This document shows positions 19,950 through 30,018 of a stretch of 64,000 nucleotides of DNA, in pieces. The position numbers and the translations under genes are program-made. Origin of the DNA: a virus. A model generated the notes under the pieces. The model was not told where the DNA came from, searched no databases, and saw only the letters and a list, made by a program, of their open reading frames with translations. Position 1 is the stretch's first letter; every line of letters starts with the position of its first letter. Where the stretch lies: the IMG/VR virus record IMGVR_UViG_3300036715_002161, positions 1 through 64,000 of that record. One strand, written 5' to 3'.

Positions 19950-20450
19950 ATGGAACAACTAATAAAAGAAGCAGTAGAGCAGTTTGAAACCCAGGCAGAG
20001 AAAGAGGCCTTCTTAGACGGCCTTATGGAGAAAGTAGCTTTTACCCTGGACCCAAAATTCACGGCAGAGGCCTTCGGTTCTGCCGGTAAAGGCGTGGCTG
20101 GTCTAGGGATTGCCCTGGCTGGTGCTGCCCTGGCCACTGGAATTTATAAGGCCACAAAAATAGTAAGTAGCTCTGAGCTTAGAACGGCATTTTTCAAATC
20201 TTTAGCCCAGGTTATGAATACCAACAAAATTATTAAGGCTTCTCCTGAAAAGGCCAGGCAGTACGCCGAAACCATTTTCAAGTTCGCCCCCAATGTCGCA
20301 GGAGATCCTAACCTGCTAAGTTCGATTCTTAGTAATGTAATCCAAGGTGAGGGTGTGGATGCTGGAACAATTAAGGCTCTAGTTGACCTAGAAGGTAGAT
20401 ACTTAGATAATAATAGTCCCAGGGGAATCCCTAGTTTTGGAAGGGTTTAA
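19950..20450 (+). CDS. Putative head/internal virion protein
   Basis: IKEA, EKEA and EKVA, then a hydrophobic Gly/Ala segment; AAGGA RBS. Confidence 0.65.
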   Translation: MEQLIKEAVEQFETQAEKEAFLDGLMEKVAFTLDPKFTAEAFGSAGKGVAGLGIALAGAALATGIYKATKIVSSSELRTAFFKSLAQVMNTNKIIKASPEKARQYAETIFKFAPNVAGDPNLLSSILSNVIQGEGVDAGTIKALVDLEGRYLDNNSPRGIPSFGRV

Positions 20451-20455
20451 AGAAA

Positions 20456-21181
20456 ATGAATAAGTATATAGAAAAGATTGCAGTTAGTATGCCTTTAGTA
20501 GGAGCAGCAGTTGGTGGGGTAGCTGGAGCTCTGTCAAACAAAGATCACAGAGTTCGCAATGGGATTATTGGTGCAGGTCTTGGTACATATCTTGGTGAGG
20601 GGGGAGATTCATTAGGGTATAAGGAAGGATATTCAAAGGCTTCGAAAATGAAGTATAATCAAAAGTATTCCTTTGGGCAGGGTGTGGAACACGAAGGTTT
20701 AAATAAAATGAATAAGTATCTAGAAAAGATTGCACTTCGTATGCCTTTAACAGGAGCAGTATTTGGTGGGGTAGCTGGAGCTTTGTCAAACAAAGATCAT
20801 AGAGTTCGCAATGGGCTTATTGGTGCAGCTCTTGGTGGGAGCCTATTGCCCTTAGCAGAAGAAGTGGGAAGTGAAAGAGGATTCTCTGAGGGTCAGGTAA
20901 AGAGTAATCATCCTCTAGCTGAGTCCTTTATAAGTGGTAAGGAGCATGGCAAAAATATTGTACTAGAAAAGTCAGCAGAACTCTCTGGCTTTGGAATGGT
21001 GGACAGTATTACTCACTCTAACCTTAAGGCCAAGTATGATGAATTAGTCAAGAGTCATGCCGCCCTACAAAAGGCCCATACCTACTTAAAGGCTGAGTCT
21101 GGTCTGAATAAACAGATAAGGGATTCTGGGTTGTCCAAATTGGCTGGCCAAATCTCCTTAGGGAAAAGAGATCTGGGTTAA
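20456..21181 (+). CDS. Internally duplicated glycine-zipper protein with MNKY(I/L)EKIA leaders
   Basis: Two copies of MNKY.EKIA..MPL.GA..GGVAGALSNKDHRVRNG.IGA.LG at 20456 and 20708. Confidence 0.7.
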   Translation: MNKYIEKIAVSMPLVGAAVGGVAGALSNKDHRVRNGIIGAGLGTYLGEGGDSLGYKEGYSKASKMKYNQKYSFGQGVEHEGLNKMNKYLEKIALRMPLTGAVFGGVAGALSNKDHRVRNGLIGAALGGSLLPLAEEVGSERGFSEGQVKSNHPLAESFISGKEHGKNIVLEKSAELSGFGMVDSITHSNLKAKYDELVKSHAALQKAHTYLKAESGLNKQIRDSGLSKLAGQISLGKRDLG

Positions 21182-22702
21182 ATGTTTAAACTCCTAGACA
21201 ATTCAGAAGAAACTATTACTATAATCGACCTGGCCGGGCCGGATCAAGGTTTGGTCAAGGCCGCTGCTCATCAGGATTTGGTAGACTATGTAAAAACCAT
21301 TAGACCAAAGGCAGGTAAATCCTATCTCCATATAAATGCAATGGGAGCCGGGGAATACTATGGCTCAAATCGTAATGGTGACTACTTTCCAGAGGCACAG
21401 TTAATCGAATACCATAAGACTTTTGAAACTAGTCCAGCCCATCTTTTCAGACATCATATAAACAAAGATCCAAAAAGGGCCAATGGCGTGGTCTTGCTGG
21501 CAATCTATAATAAAACAATGCACAGGGTTGAACTGATTGTAGAAGCGGACAAATCCTTGACTTCTGACATAGAGGCCCGTATTGCCAGAGGCGATTACCC
21601 AGCCACATCAATGGCCTGTAAAACTCCTTTTGATACTTGTTCTATCTGTAATAATAGAGCTCATACTAGGGCTGAATATTGTAGTCATTTATCCAACGAG
21701 TTAAACCGAGTCTATACAGATGGTCGTAGGGTAATGGCCTTGAACAATGGCCCACTTAAATTCTTTGACATTAGCTTGGTGGTAAAACCTGCTGACCCTA
21801 CTAGTTCCATACTTGTAAAGGTGGCCGGGGAAGACAGGGTAATAGGTTCTGCCGAGATGGCTGACCTGGAAAACTTGGCCGAAGGAGAAAAACGAGCCGA
21901 GCAGTATAAGTTGTCTGAACTTGTGAAAGAGATTAGAGGTGACGTGGTGTCATCAGAAGCCTTGGACAATATTTTGAACAAGACCTCAGATCTTCCAATG
22001 TCCCTGGCCCATTCCTTGAGTGTCTTTAGTCTGGCTGAAGTTTTGAATTCAATGGCAACTGCCGGGATTAGTCCTTCTATAGGGTTCTTGGCCGAACTGA
22101 TTGCCCCTAACCTTAAAGGTGTAGGGCCTGTCGTAGAAGCTATGATGTCGGAGATTCATCCAGATACTATAATGGAGGTTTACAAGGTTGAAAAAAGCCT
22201 AGGACAAAATCCATTGGTTGACCATGCCTTGGCCAAACATCTAGACTCTTCTTCCTTGTTACCTGCATATGTGGAAAAACGGGCTTCTGGCATCGGGTAT
22301 GCAGGACTAGGTCCACATATAGAACCTTTGTATGACCACTCTGTAGCCCAACCTGAACAAAGACCAGACCTGAGCTCCTTTCTAAAAACCAACTATCCAA
22401 TTCTTATGGCTCTGGGTGGTGGGGCCCTTATGGCCAAATGGTACATAAACAAGGAAATAGAGGCTAAACTTCAAAATAATGCTAAAATAGTTATTATAAA
22501 GCAGGCTTCGGATTATCGAGTGGCTTCTGTTCTTAGTAAGAACGGGCTTCCTGAAAGTAATAACGACGCCGAGCCAGTAAATTCCGAGAGGCTTATTTCT
22601 AAGATAATTAGAAGGCTATTTAGGATGAATAAGACTACCGGTAAAATTGCTGGCGGTATTAAAGTTGGAGATATAGTGTATAATGTATCTCAATCAAATT
22701 AA
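21182..22702 (+). CDS. Putative prohead (maturation) protease
   Basis: NRNGDYF, HLFRHH, TSMAC, CSIC..YCSH and FFDISLVVKPAD; located upstream of scaffold-like and capsid genes. Confidence 0.7.
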   Translation: MFKLLDNSEETITIIDLAGPDQGLVKAAAHQDLVDYVKTIRPKAGKSYLHINAMGAGEYYGSNRNGDYFPEAQLIEYHKTFETSPAHLFRHHINKDPKRANGVVLLAIYNKTMHRVELIVEADKSLTSDIEARIARGDYPATSMACKTPFDTCSICNNRAHTRAEYCSHLSNELNRVYTDGRRVMALNNGPLKFFDISLVVKPADPTSSILVKVAGEDRVIGSAEMADLENLAEGEKRAEQYKLSELVKEIRGDVVSSEALDNILNKTSDLPMSLAHSLSVFSLAEVLNSMATAGISPSIGFLAELIAPNLKGVGPVVEAMMSEIHPDTIMEVYKVEKSLGQNPLVDHALAKHLDSSSLLPAYVEKRASGIGYAGLGPHIEPLYDHSVAQPEQRPDLSSFLKTNYPILMALGGGALMAKWYINKEIEAKLQNNAKIVIIKQASDYRVASVLSKNGLPESNNDAEPVNSERLISKIIRRLFRMNKTTGKIAGGIKVGDIVYNVSQSN

Positions 22703-22721
22703 TAATTTAAAGGAAAATTAC

Positions 22722-24317
22722 GTGAATCACAATCTAGACCAATTACTGAAAGACCTGGAAATTGAAACTGGCATGGAAAAGGTAGCTGCCGCTCCAAATG
22801 TAAGCCAAGAACTGGCAGACATCTTAGGAGCCAAAGACGAAATGTCTATGACCAAAAAGGCTCAACTAGAAGGCGAGAAATTGGCCCAGAAACTGATGGA
22901 GAAATTTGCCACAGAAATTAGTAATGGCAATGACCTTATGGTGGCTGAAGCCCCTGCGGCCACTCCGATAGACCCTGGTACGGTTGCAGAAGTTACACAA
23001 GATACTTTACAAAAAGCAATAGATAATGGAGTACAGACAGCCGATCAGGCAGACACGGTTTTCGATGACCAAAAGGATCAGAATATGAATAAACTAGCAA
23101 CAGAAATTACCGAACAAAATGCTGAAATGATGGCAACCCAGGCAGTAGCAGATCCCACTCCAAGTGAAGGTCAACCCAATGAAGTTCTACAGGCAATTAT
23201 CGACAAAACGGTTGCAGCCGGTGGTACCTCAAACAATATTGATGCTGATGCCGTTGAAAAGGCTGCGGCCTGCTCTGCCCTCGTAGAGGCTGGAATGGAT
23301 TTTGAATCAGCAGTTGACCTGGTAAAACAAGCAGAAGTAGCGATCCAGGCTGACGACTTTGAAATGCAAAAACGTGCCGCCCTTGGTGAACTCCTAGAGG
23401 CTGGTATTGACTATGACCAAGCAGTAGAACTTGTAAAAGAGGCTACTGAGGGTATTGTTGACAAAGCTAAGAAATACCTTCCAGCAGCTGGCTTAGTTGC
23501 TGGAGTATTAGCTGGTGAGAAGCTCGGGGGTACTCTTGGGGCTAAACTTGGAGTTAAAGCTTTGGCTCATGATGCGGATGCTTTAGCTAGAGGTAAGCCA
23601 AGAGGACTAGTATTAGATGAGGAATTAGGTGCTAACTTAGGGTCGATTGCTGGCGGAGCAGCTGGGTTATATGCAGGAAGAAAATTAAAAGCAGTTGACC
23701 ACGACTTTGAAATGCAAAAACGTGCCGCCCTCAGTGAACTTCTAGAAGCTGGTGTTGACTATGACCAAGCAGTAGAACTTGTAAAGGAGGCTGCTGAGGG
23801 TATTGTTGACAAAGCTAAGAAATACCTTCCAGCAGCTGGCTTAGTTGCTGGAGCAGCAGTTGGTGCGAAGCTCGGGGCTCCTCTTGGGGGTAAACTTGCA
23901 GTTAAAGCTTTTACTAAAGGGGTCACGGATGCGGATGCTTTGGTTAGAGCTAAGCTAGGAGGACTCCTATTAGGTCCGGTAGTAGGTGCTAACTTAGGTA
24001 TGATTGCTGGCGGAACAGCTGGATTATATGCAGGAAAAAAATTAAAAGCAGTTGACCATGACTTTGAAATGCAAAAACGTGCCGCCCTTAGTGAACTCCT
24101 AGAGGCTGGTATTGACTATGACCAAGCAGTAGAACTTGTAAAAGAGGCTGCTGACGGTATTGTCGACAAAGCTAAAGAAAATGCTATCGTAAACTCAGCA
24201 ATGGAAATGACCAGTCATGACAAGACTGCCGCTCTTGGTGAACTCCTAGAGGCCGGTATTGACTATGATCAAGCAGTAGAACTTGTAAAAGAGGCTTGTG
24301 AATCCTTAGAGGCATGA
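22722..24317 (+). CDS. Acidic repetitive scaffold/core-like head protein (GTG start)
   Basis: AAGGA RBS; repeated K(R/T)AAL(G/S)ELLEAG(I/V)DYDQAVELVKEA. Confidence 0.7.
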   Translation: MNHNLDQLLKDLEIETGMEKVAAAPNVSQELADILGAKDEMSMTKKAQLEGEKLAQKLMEKFATEISNGNDLMVAEAPAATPIDPGTVAEVTQDTLQKAIDNGVQTADQADTVFDDQKDQNMNKLATEITEQNAEMMATQAVADPTPSEGQPNEVLQAIIDKTVAAGGTSNNIDADAVEKAAACSALVEAGMDFESAVDLVKQAEVAIQADDFEMQKRAALGELLEAGIDYDQAVELVKEATEGIVDKAKKYLPAAGLVAGVLAGEKLGGTLGAKLGVKALAHDADALARGKPRGLVLDEELGANLGSIAGGAAGLYAGRKLKAVDHDFEMQKRAALSELLEAGVDYDQAVELVKEAAEGIVDKAKKYLPAAGLVAGAAVGAKLGAPLGGKLAVKAFTKGVTDADALVRAKLGGLLLGPVVGANLGMIAGGTAGLYAGKKLKAVDHDFEMQKRAALSELLEAGIDYDQAVELVKEAADGIVDKAKENAIVNSAMEMTSHDKTAALGELLEAGIDYDQAVELVKEACESLEA

Positions 24318-24652
24318 ACAAGTATTTGGAAAAGATAGCAGAATCTTTAGAGGACAAGGATAAGTCTAGTCCTCTAAAGGTAATGGTTATGATGGGTGCT
24401 GCTTCTCTTCCTCTTCATGCAGCCGGTGCAGCAATAGGCCACAAATTAGGAACTAAATTTCCAGGCATGGCCTTAAAGGTTCCAGAAAGTTTAGCCTCAA
24501 CAACCATGCCCTTTATGAAAAAAACAGTTGGGGAGTTTGCCGACATAGATGCCCCTAGTCTGGGGCAATTTGTAGGGTCTGGAGTGGCAGGCGGCATAGC
24601 TGACTATGCAGTTTTAAAACATGAGCAAAGAAAAAATGAACGAAATCAATAA
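24314..24652 (+). CDS. MNKYLEKIA-leader virion protein
   Basis: Leader motif; Gly/Ala hydrophobic segments. Confidence 0.65.
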   Translation: MNKYLEKIAESLEDKDKSSPLKVMVMMGAASLPLHAAGAAIGHKLGTKFPGMALKVPESLASTTMPFMKKTVGEFADIDAPSLGQFVGSGVAGGIADYAVLKHEQRKNERNQ

Positions 24653-25106
24653 TCTGTTAAAACAGAGTGTCGCCCTAGAGAAAAAAGCATATTCTGAATA
24701 TGTCAAAACTGCAACTTCTGAATCTATTAAATCACTGGTGACGGCTGGCCTCCCCTTTGAAAAAGCTGCCTCTCTTGTTGCAGCAGAGTTTGAAGTATCT
24801 GAAGACATAAGAGACAAAGTTTCTACCATTTCTATGATGGATAAAGTTGCAGAATATGTAGACTTCCTAGAAAGCAAAGTTCAAAATCTTGAAACCACTT
24901 CTAAAGAACAGGCAATCAAAGAGCCGATGACTAAACTAGCCTCTTTTGGCCTGGAAGAAGAAGAGCTTAAAACTTTGTCTGGTCTGGATTCAAAACTGCT
25001 GGAGAAAATTGCAGCAGCCTCAGGTCCCCTGGAAATGGGTCATAGAGTCGGTCCTAGTCTAAACAGGACTGACCCCTTAATTAGCTGGATTCTGGGGACA
25101 GCATGA
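24621..25106 (+). CDS. Putative head protein
   Basis: EKKA, VKTA, EKAA, DKVA, TKLA and EKIA motifs. Confidence 0.65.
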   Translation: MSKEKMNEINNLLKQSVALEKKAYSEYVKTATSESIKSLVTAGLPFEKAASLVAAEFEVSEDIRDKVSTISMMDKVAEYVDFLESKVQNLETTSKEQAIKEPMTKLASFGLEEEELKTLSGLDSKLLEKIAAASGPLEMGHRVGPSLNRTDPLISWILGTA

Positions 25107-26029
25107 ATAAGTATCTGGAAAAAGCTAAGAAATACCTTCCAGCAGCTGGCTTAGTTGCTGGAGCAGCAGTTGGTAGGAAGCTCGGGCCTCCTCTTGTGGC
25201 TAAACTTGGAGTTAAAGCTTTGACTCATGGGGTCACAGATGTGGAGGCTTTAGCTAGAGGTGAGCGAAGAGGACTCCTATTAGGTGAGATATTCGGTGCT
25301 AACTCAGGGATGGTTGCTGGCGGAATAGCTGGGGCCGCAAGTGGTATAGCCATCCAGAAAATGACCAGTCATGATAAGACTGCCGCCCTTGGTGAACTCC
25401 TAGAGTATGGTATTGACTATGACCAAGCAGTAGAGCTTGTAAAAGAGGCTGCTGGGCCAGAATATTTGAAAGACGAAGTAAAGTATGTGGACTCTGTCCT
25501 AGCTAATGAACAAAAAAACAAGCCTAATTCTTTAATAAACATTGCCAAAAAAAGTAACCCCGTTGGCGCAGCACTTGGTGTACTCACAGCTATAGAGGTA
25601 GGTAAGAGGGCCTTCCATGCCATCCAGAAAATGACTAGTCATGATAAGACTGCCGCCCTTAGTGAACTCCTAGAAGCTGGTGTTGACTATGATCAAGCAG
25701 TAGAACTTGTAAAAGAGGCTGCTGGCGGTATTGTTGACAAAGCTAAGGAATACCTTCCAGCAGCTGGATTAGTTACTGGAGCATTAGTTGGTGCGAAGCT
25801 CGGGGTTCCTCTTGGGGCTAAGCTTGGGGCTAACTTTTTGGCTCATGGGGCCACAGGTGCGGATTTTTTAGCTAAGGCTGGCCTAGGACTCATAGGAGGT
25901 ACGGTAGTAGGTACTGGCGTAGGGGTAGGTACTGGTGCAGTAGCTGGGGCATATACAGGAAAAAAATTAAAAGAAGCTATGAAAAACCCAATTTTAAAAC
26001 ATATTGCAGAAAAAGGTAATACTAACTAA
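25103..26029 (+). CDS. Mosaic glycine-zipper head protein
   Basis: MNKYLEK start; modules shared with 22722..24317. Confidence 0.65.
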   Translation: MNKYLEKAKKYLPAAGLVAGAAVGRKLGPPLVAKLGVKALTHGVTDVEALARGERRGLLLGEIFGANSGMVAGGIAGAASGIAIQKMTSHDKTAALGELLEYGIDYDQAVELVKEAAGPEYLKDEVKYVDSVLANEQKNKPNSLINIAKKSNPVGAALGVLTAIEVGKRAFHAIQKMTSHDKTAALSELLEAGVDYDQAVELVKEAAGGIVDKAKEYLPAAGLVTGALVGAKLGVPLGAKLGANFLAHGATGADFLAKAGLGLIGGTVVGTGVGVGTGAVAGAYTGKKLKEAMKNPILKHIAEKGNTN

Positions 26030-26117
26030 ACTAATTACAACTCTTTGTTTTTAGGCTAAAATAATATTATGTAACAACTCCCCAGGTCCGTGACCTGGTT
26101 TTTAAAGGAAAAATAAG

Positions 26118-26810
26118 ATGTTAATGGAATCAAGAGCAGAGGTAATTCGCGGTTGGCCTAATGATGGCGCCCGTGAACGGAATGAAAATGTAGCCTCAGG
26201 CTCATTACTTAATACTGGTGACCTGGTCATCAAACAACCAGATGGTTCAGTAGCCCTGTCTACTGCCACGGCAACCAAACGTGTCGGCCTTGTAGTCCGT
26301 GGCAATGCTCCAGGTCAAGATGCTTCAGCAGCTAATGCTGTTGGTGATTTTTCCTATACGACTCCTGTTACTGCTATGTCCGGTGCTGCCGGTGTAGTAA
26401 CTGTCACCGTGGCAACTACCTCAGGTATGGTAGTTGGCAGCATTGTAACCATCGCCGGTGTTACTCCTGCCGGTTATAATGGTACTTTTGCAGTAACGGG
26501 CTTTACCTCAACAACTTTTACCTATGCAAATGCTACTACTGCTGCCGTTACTGTCCAAGGTAATTCTACTCTAAATCGTGGTTTCAACAACACGGGCAGA
26601 GCCGTTGTTCTGTGGGGCAACTATATCGTTCGTACTACTGGATATGCAGCCGGTGCCTATGTTCCAGGCTCACCTGTTACTTCTACCAATGGTGTATTCT
26701 CTCTGGCTAACGGTACTACTGACCCTGAAGTTGGTTTCGTCCTATCTGTACAAGGCGCTGTCGCTGGTGTTTCAGGTCAGACTGCTCATCTTGTAATTAA
26801 TGCATATTAA
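26118..26810 (+). CDS. Capsid decoration/cement protein with an inserted beta-rich domain
   Basis: Immediately upstream of the MCP; Thr/Gly/Val-rich; AAGGA RBS. Confidence 0.65.
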   Translation: MLMESRAEVIRGWPNDGARERNENVASGSLLNTGDLVIKQPDGSVALSTATATKRVGLVVRGNAPGQDASAANAVGDFSYTTPVTAMSGAAGVVTVTVATTSGMVVGSIVTIAGVTPAGYNGTFAVTGFTSTTFTYANATTAAVTVQGNSTLNRGFNNTGRAVVLWGNYIVRTTGYAAGAYVPGSPVTSTNGVFSLANGTTDPEVGFVLSVQGAVAGVSGQTAHLVINAY

Positions 26811-26824
26811 AAGGACAAACTAAA

Positions 26825-27727
26825 ATGTATAACACTGAAACTCTAAATGTACAAATGATCAATCAGGCTTTTTCTGATAAGATCGAAGCAGGTATGACCA
26901 AGGAAGCTGGCGTTGCCATGACTGCCTTTGTCCGGCAAAGACTGCGTGAAGAATCGTTTGCTCGTAAAATTCTCGAGCCAATGATGATCACGGCTGCTGA
27001 CCTGGATCGTCAATCAACGGACACTCCTACGATCATTGCAGAAAAAGAGCCTGATTCTGTGGCCGTCTCAATGGCCTTCTCTGGCCGTCCTGACAACCGT
27101 TACTTTACCGGTGCTCGTTATCCCGTACAGTTTACCAAGATTTCTAGCCCACGCTTTGAAAAGAGCATGGCTGAACTGGCAACCTATCGTACGGACATCT
27201 CTACGGTTCTGCAACAGAACTCAGTAAAAGACCTACAACGTCAAGAAGATACTAACTTCTTCAGTAGCTGTATGACCATGGCAACCCAGTTTAGTAACTA
27301 CAGTACTATTACTGGTCTTTCCGGTGGCTCTTTGACCGTTCAAGGTCTGATGCAGGCTGTTCGTCTGATGACTAAAAATCAACTGCCAGTTGGTAAAATT
27401 CTGATCAACCAAAGCACCTATGCAGGTCTACTGGCTCAACCAGCTACGACCCTGGGTAGCCCATTGGCTAGCGGTCTGGTTTCTGGTAAAGAGAACCTGG
27501 ATAATTTCTTCGGTTTCCCCTTTGTTGTAACCAACAAAAATGACATCGTTCAAGATAATCGGGTTATGATCTTTACGGCTCCTGAGTATCTAGGTCAGTT
27601 TTATCTACTGAAGGATGCTACGGTTTACCTGGAAAGTCGCTCTGATATAATTTCATTTGAGAGCTATGAATACCTAGGTATTGGTCTTGGTAACACTAAC
27701 GGTGTAGTAGCAGTTGACTTCATCTAA
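26825..27727 (+). CDS. Major capsid protein (HK97-like, inferred)
   Basis: 300 aa, AAGGA RBS, followed by a terminator; VRQRLREESFARKIL and C-terminal YEYLGIGLGN; synteny. Confidence 0.8.
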   Translation: MYNTETLNVQMINQAFSDKIEAGMTKEAGVAMTAFVRQRLREESFARKILEPMMITAADLDRQSTDTPTIIAEKEPDSVAVSMAFSGRPDNRYFTGARYPVQFTKISSPRFEKSMAELATYRTDISTVLQQNSVKDLQRQEDTNFFSSCMTMATQFSNYSTITGLSGGSLTVQGLMQAVRLMTKNQLPVGKILINQSTYAGLLAQPATTLGSPLASGLVSGKENLDNFFGFPFVVTNKNDIVQDNRVMIFTAPEYLGQFYLLKDATVYLESRSDIISFESYEYLGIGLGNTNGVVAVDFI

Positions 27728-27746
27728 TAGCTAAAAAAAACTGTCG

Positions 27747-27777
27747 AAAACGCCCTGGACAAAATTCAGGGCGTTTT
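27747..27777. terminator. Bidirectional intrinsic terminator
   Basis: AAAACGCCCTG/CAGGGCGTTTT between convergent genes. Confidence 0.85.
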
Positions 27778-28070
27778 CCATTTTAATCCTCCGAGTCAAT
27801 CATTTCGGCTAAGTATTCTTCTATGTCATTGTGACGCTTTTCAAATTCGTCCTGATCACCATAGCAGATGTCACTCTCCTTTGCCCAACGAGAATATTCA
27901 TATAATTGTTCCCAGTGTTCTTTAGTCAGCACCATTATCAATCACCTTTTTACATTTACGACATTTACTTTGACTGTGACTAAGAACTACTTTCTTACCA
28001 CACTCATTTGAAATCCGGAATGACTTAGTAATCTCTCCGGTCACAGGGTCAACCACGGTTGACCATATCT

Positions 28071-29027
28071 TTACTTCTCTGTATTTACACTGCATACATC
28101 CATCTCCATTTGTATCTTAAACCTACTCCAAAGTCTTAGAATTTCAGGCTCAACCTCCTGGATTTCTGGGTCAATATTCATACGCAAATATCTAAGAAGC
28201 AGACCTAGATCAGGCCCATCCAATCCTGTCAAACCCCTAACCAAGAACCCATTTATCTTTTGTCTACGGGCCCGGTCCAGATCATACTCCTGTCTTACAT
28301 CTTCTACTAGTCCAGGTAACTCTGGGAACTTGGAAAATAGAATATAACCCGGTATTCTCTTAGGCAGGTCTTTGATATATTCCAGGAACTGGATATAGAC
28401 AGGCCTATGTCTATTACCAGAAATCAGGTTGTCCAGTTGAAATATCTCAGGAGAAAACATAGGGCTGGAGATTATAAAATCGAAGATGTCCTTTAGACTG
28501 ACAAACCCATTTTTATAGGTGTCATAGCTAAGTCCCAAAGAGCCTAGAATTTCTACTGGATCCTTAGATACATAAATAATACCCTTCTTAAGAGTTCCAT
28601 CCATGACCTCAAAAAGGAGTCCTTTGTGGCCATATTTAAATCCATTACTGTGGAAGATAGTTCCCAGCAGGTTGCCTAGGTCATTATAAGATAGATAGTA
28701 GTAGGCTGATTTAAAATCTGAGTCGTCAACCACAATAAAGTCCACCTGTACTTCTTTATATTTGATTGAGAAATAGGGACCGTTTAAACAGATGGCATCG
28801 GTGTTAAAGATTCTCTTCAACAACTCTATAAATACAGGATCCCATCCGGAGATAATTATATCTATATCTCCATGGGATTCTTTGGCTAAGTAACTTGCAG
28901 GTACTCTGAATTTTACGGTGTTGGGTAAATATTTCAGAAGCTTATATTCAATTTCTTCCTTTAAGATGACGTATCTATCGTTAGATACTCTAGTGACACC
29001 AAAGGCTTTTAATGCATTGCCACCCAT
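28071..29027 (-). CDS. Pol beta-superfamily nucleotidyltransferase
   Basis: MGGNALK, KESHGDIDII, VQVDFI, YNDLGNLLG. Confidence 0.75.
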   Translation of the reverse strand: MGGNALKAFGVTRVSNDRYVILKEEIEYKLLKYLPNTVKFRVPASYLAKESHGDIDIIISGWDPVFIELLKRIFNTDAICLNGPYFSIKYKEVQVDFIVVDDSDFKSAYYYLSYNDLGNLLGTIFHSNGFKYGHKGLLFEVMDGTLKKGIIYVSKDPVEILGSLGLSYDTYKNGFVSLKDIFDFIISSPMFSPEIFQLDNLISGNRHRPVYIQFLEYIKDLPKRIPGYILFSKFPELPGLVEDVRQEYDLDRARRQKINGFLVRGLTGLDGPDLGLLLRYLRMNIDPEIQEVEPEILRLWSRFKIQMEMDVCSVNTEK

Positions 29028-29058
29028 TTTAATTTCCTAAAATCTTGTTTGTATATTA

Positions 29059-29101
29059 CTTATACCATAGAATAGGTATTTAATCTAATAGGGTTAAAAT
29101 A
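29059..29101. promoter_or_regulatory. Back-to-back early (-) and late (+) promoters
   Basis: TAGATT-N17-TATAAG on -, TAAAATA at 29095 on +. Confidence 0.6.
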
Positions 29102-29106
29102 TCACT

Positions 29107-29628
29107 ATGAACAAATATCTAAATTGGATTGAAAAAGAGGCCAACCTGCTTACCGGTGTCCTCAGCTCTTTGGGTAGAGCTGGTCTAAAGGCATCCTCAG
29201 GACTTAAATCTATTGCAACAGATGCCCTTGGTGGCCCTAGGATGAACCTAATCAATGAAGCTAAATTCGGCGGCAATGGGACGGCTAGGCAACTTCATAG
29301 TACCAGTCAGGCAATGAACAAATTACCTACTAGACCGGTAGGTGTAAAGTCGATTAATGCCAATTTCAATGCCAACCTAAGAGCACAGAAGAGACTGGTA
29401 AGACCTTTAGCCTCTGCCCCGGCTCCTCTCAAGTCTGATGGTATGGGTGGCTTTGTTCGTAACCCAGAATCTACAGACTTTAAGAATGCCGGTAATGCCA
29501 AACTAGACCAGGCCAGTAAACAAACACTTGACGGTAGACTTAAGCTGGGTGTAGTATCTGGCTTGGGTTTATATGGAGCCCATAAAATTATGTCACCTAG
29601 TGACCAAAATCAATATAGCAACTATTAA
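29107..29628 (+). CDS. Basic virion protein with an MNKYL..IEKEA leader
   Basis: Variant of the leader motif. Confidence 0.6.
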   Translation: MNKYLNWIEKEANLLTGVLSSLGRAGLKASSGLKSIATDALGGPRMNLINEAKFGGNGTARQLHSTSQAMNKLPTRPVGVKSINANFNANLRAQKRLVRPLASAPAPLKSDGMGGFVRNPESTDFKNAGNAKLDQASKQTLDGRLKLGVVSGLGLYGAHKIMSPSDQNQYSNY

Positions 29629-29640
29629 AAGGGAAATAAA

Positions 29641-30018
29641 ATGAGTAAAATTCTAGTAAACAAAACAATCGGTACTGTCCATTTAAACGGTGGTGCCATG
29701 CAGATTGCCCCCGGCGGTACTATTACCATTTCCAATATGGAATCAGAAATCCCAGAAGTAATGAATGCCCTTAGACATGGTATTGTAGAGATGGTTGACA
29801 CCCAGGGTGAAGTAGGTAATGTACCTCTTCCAGAAATGCCTGCCGCCCCCGTCATCGAAAACCCCGGTAAGGTGATCAACGAAGTCGAGGCCCCTAGTCC
29901 AAAACCAAAGGCATCTAAGAAAGTAGTAGACGCTGTTGTAGTTGAAGAAACTACTGATGCTGCTGAAGCTCCTGCTCCTGCTGCTGCTGCTGAAGCTCCT
30001 GCTCCTGCTGCTGAATGA
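29641..30018 (+). CDS. Hypothetical protein with an Ala/Pro-rich tail
   Basis: Purine-rich RBS; duplicated AAEAPAPA. Confidence 0.6.
   Translation: MSKILVNKTIGTVHLNGGAMQIAPGGTITISNMESEIPEVMNALRHGIVEMVDTQGEVGNVPLPEMPAAPVIENPGKVINEVEAPSPKPKASKKVVDAVVVEETTDAAEAPAPAAAAEAPAPAAE

Larger units (their letters stand above)
23350..25980 (+). repeat. Dispersed near-identical coding repeats shared by ORFs 22722 and 25103
   Basis: GAACT(C/T)CTAGA..TTGACTATGA(C/T)CAAGCAGTAGA(A/G)CTTGTAAA x6; AATACCTTCCAGCAGCTGG x4. Confidence 0.9.
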
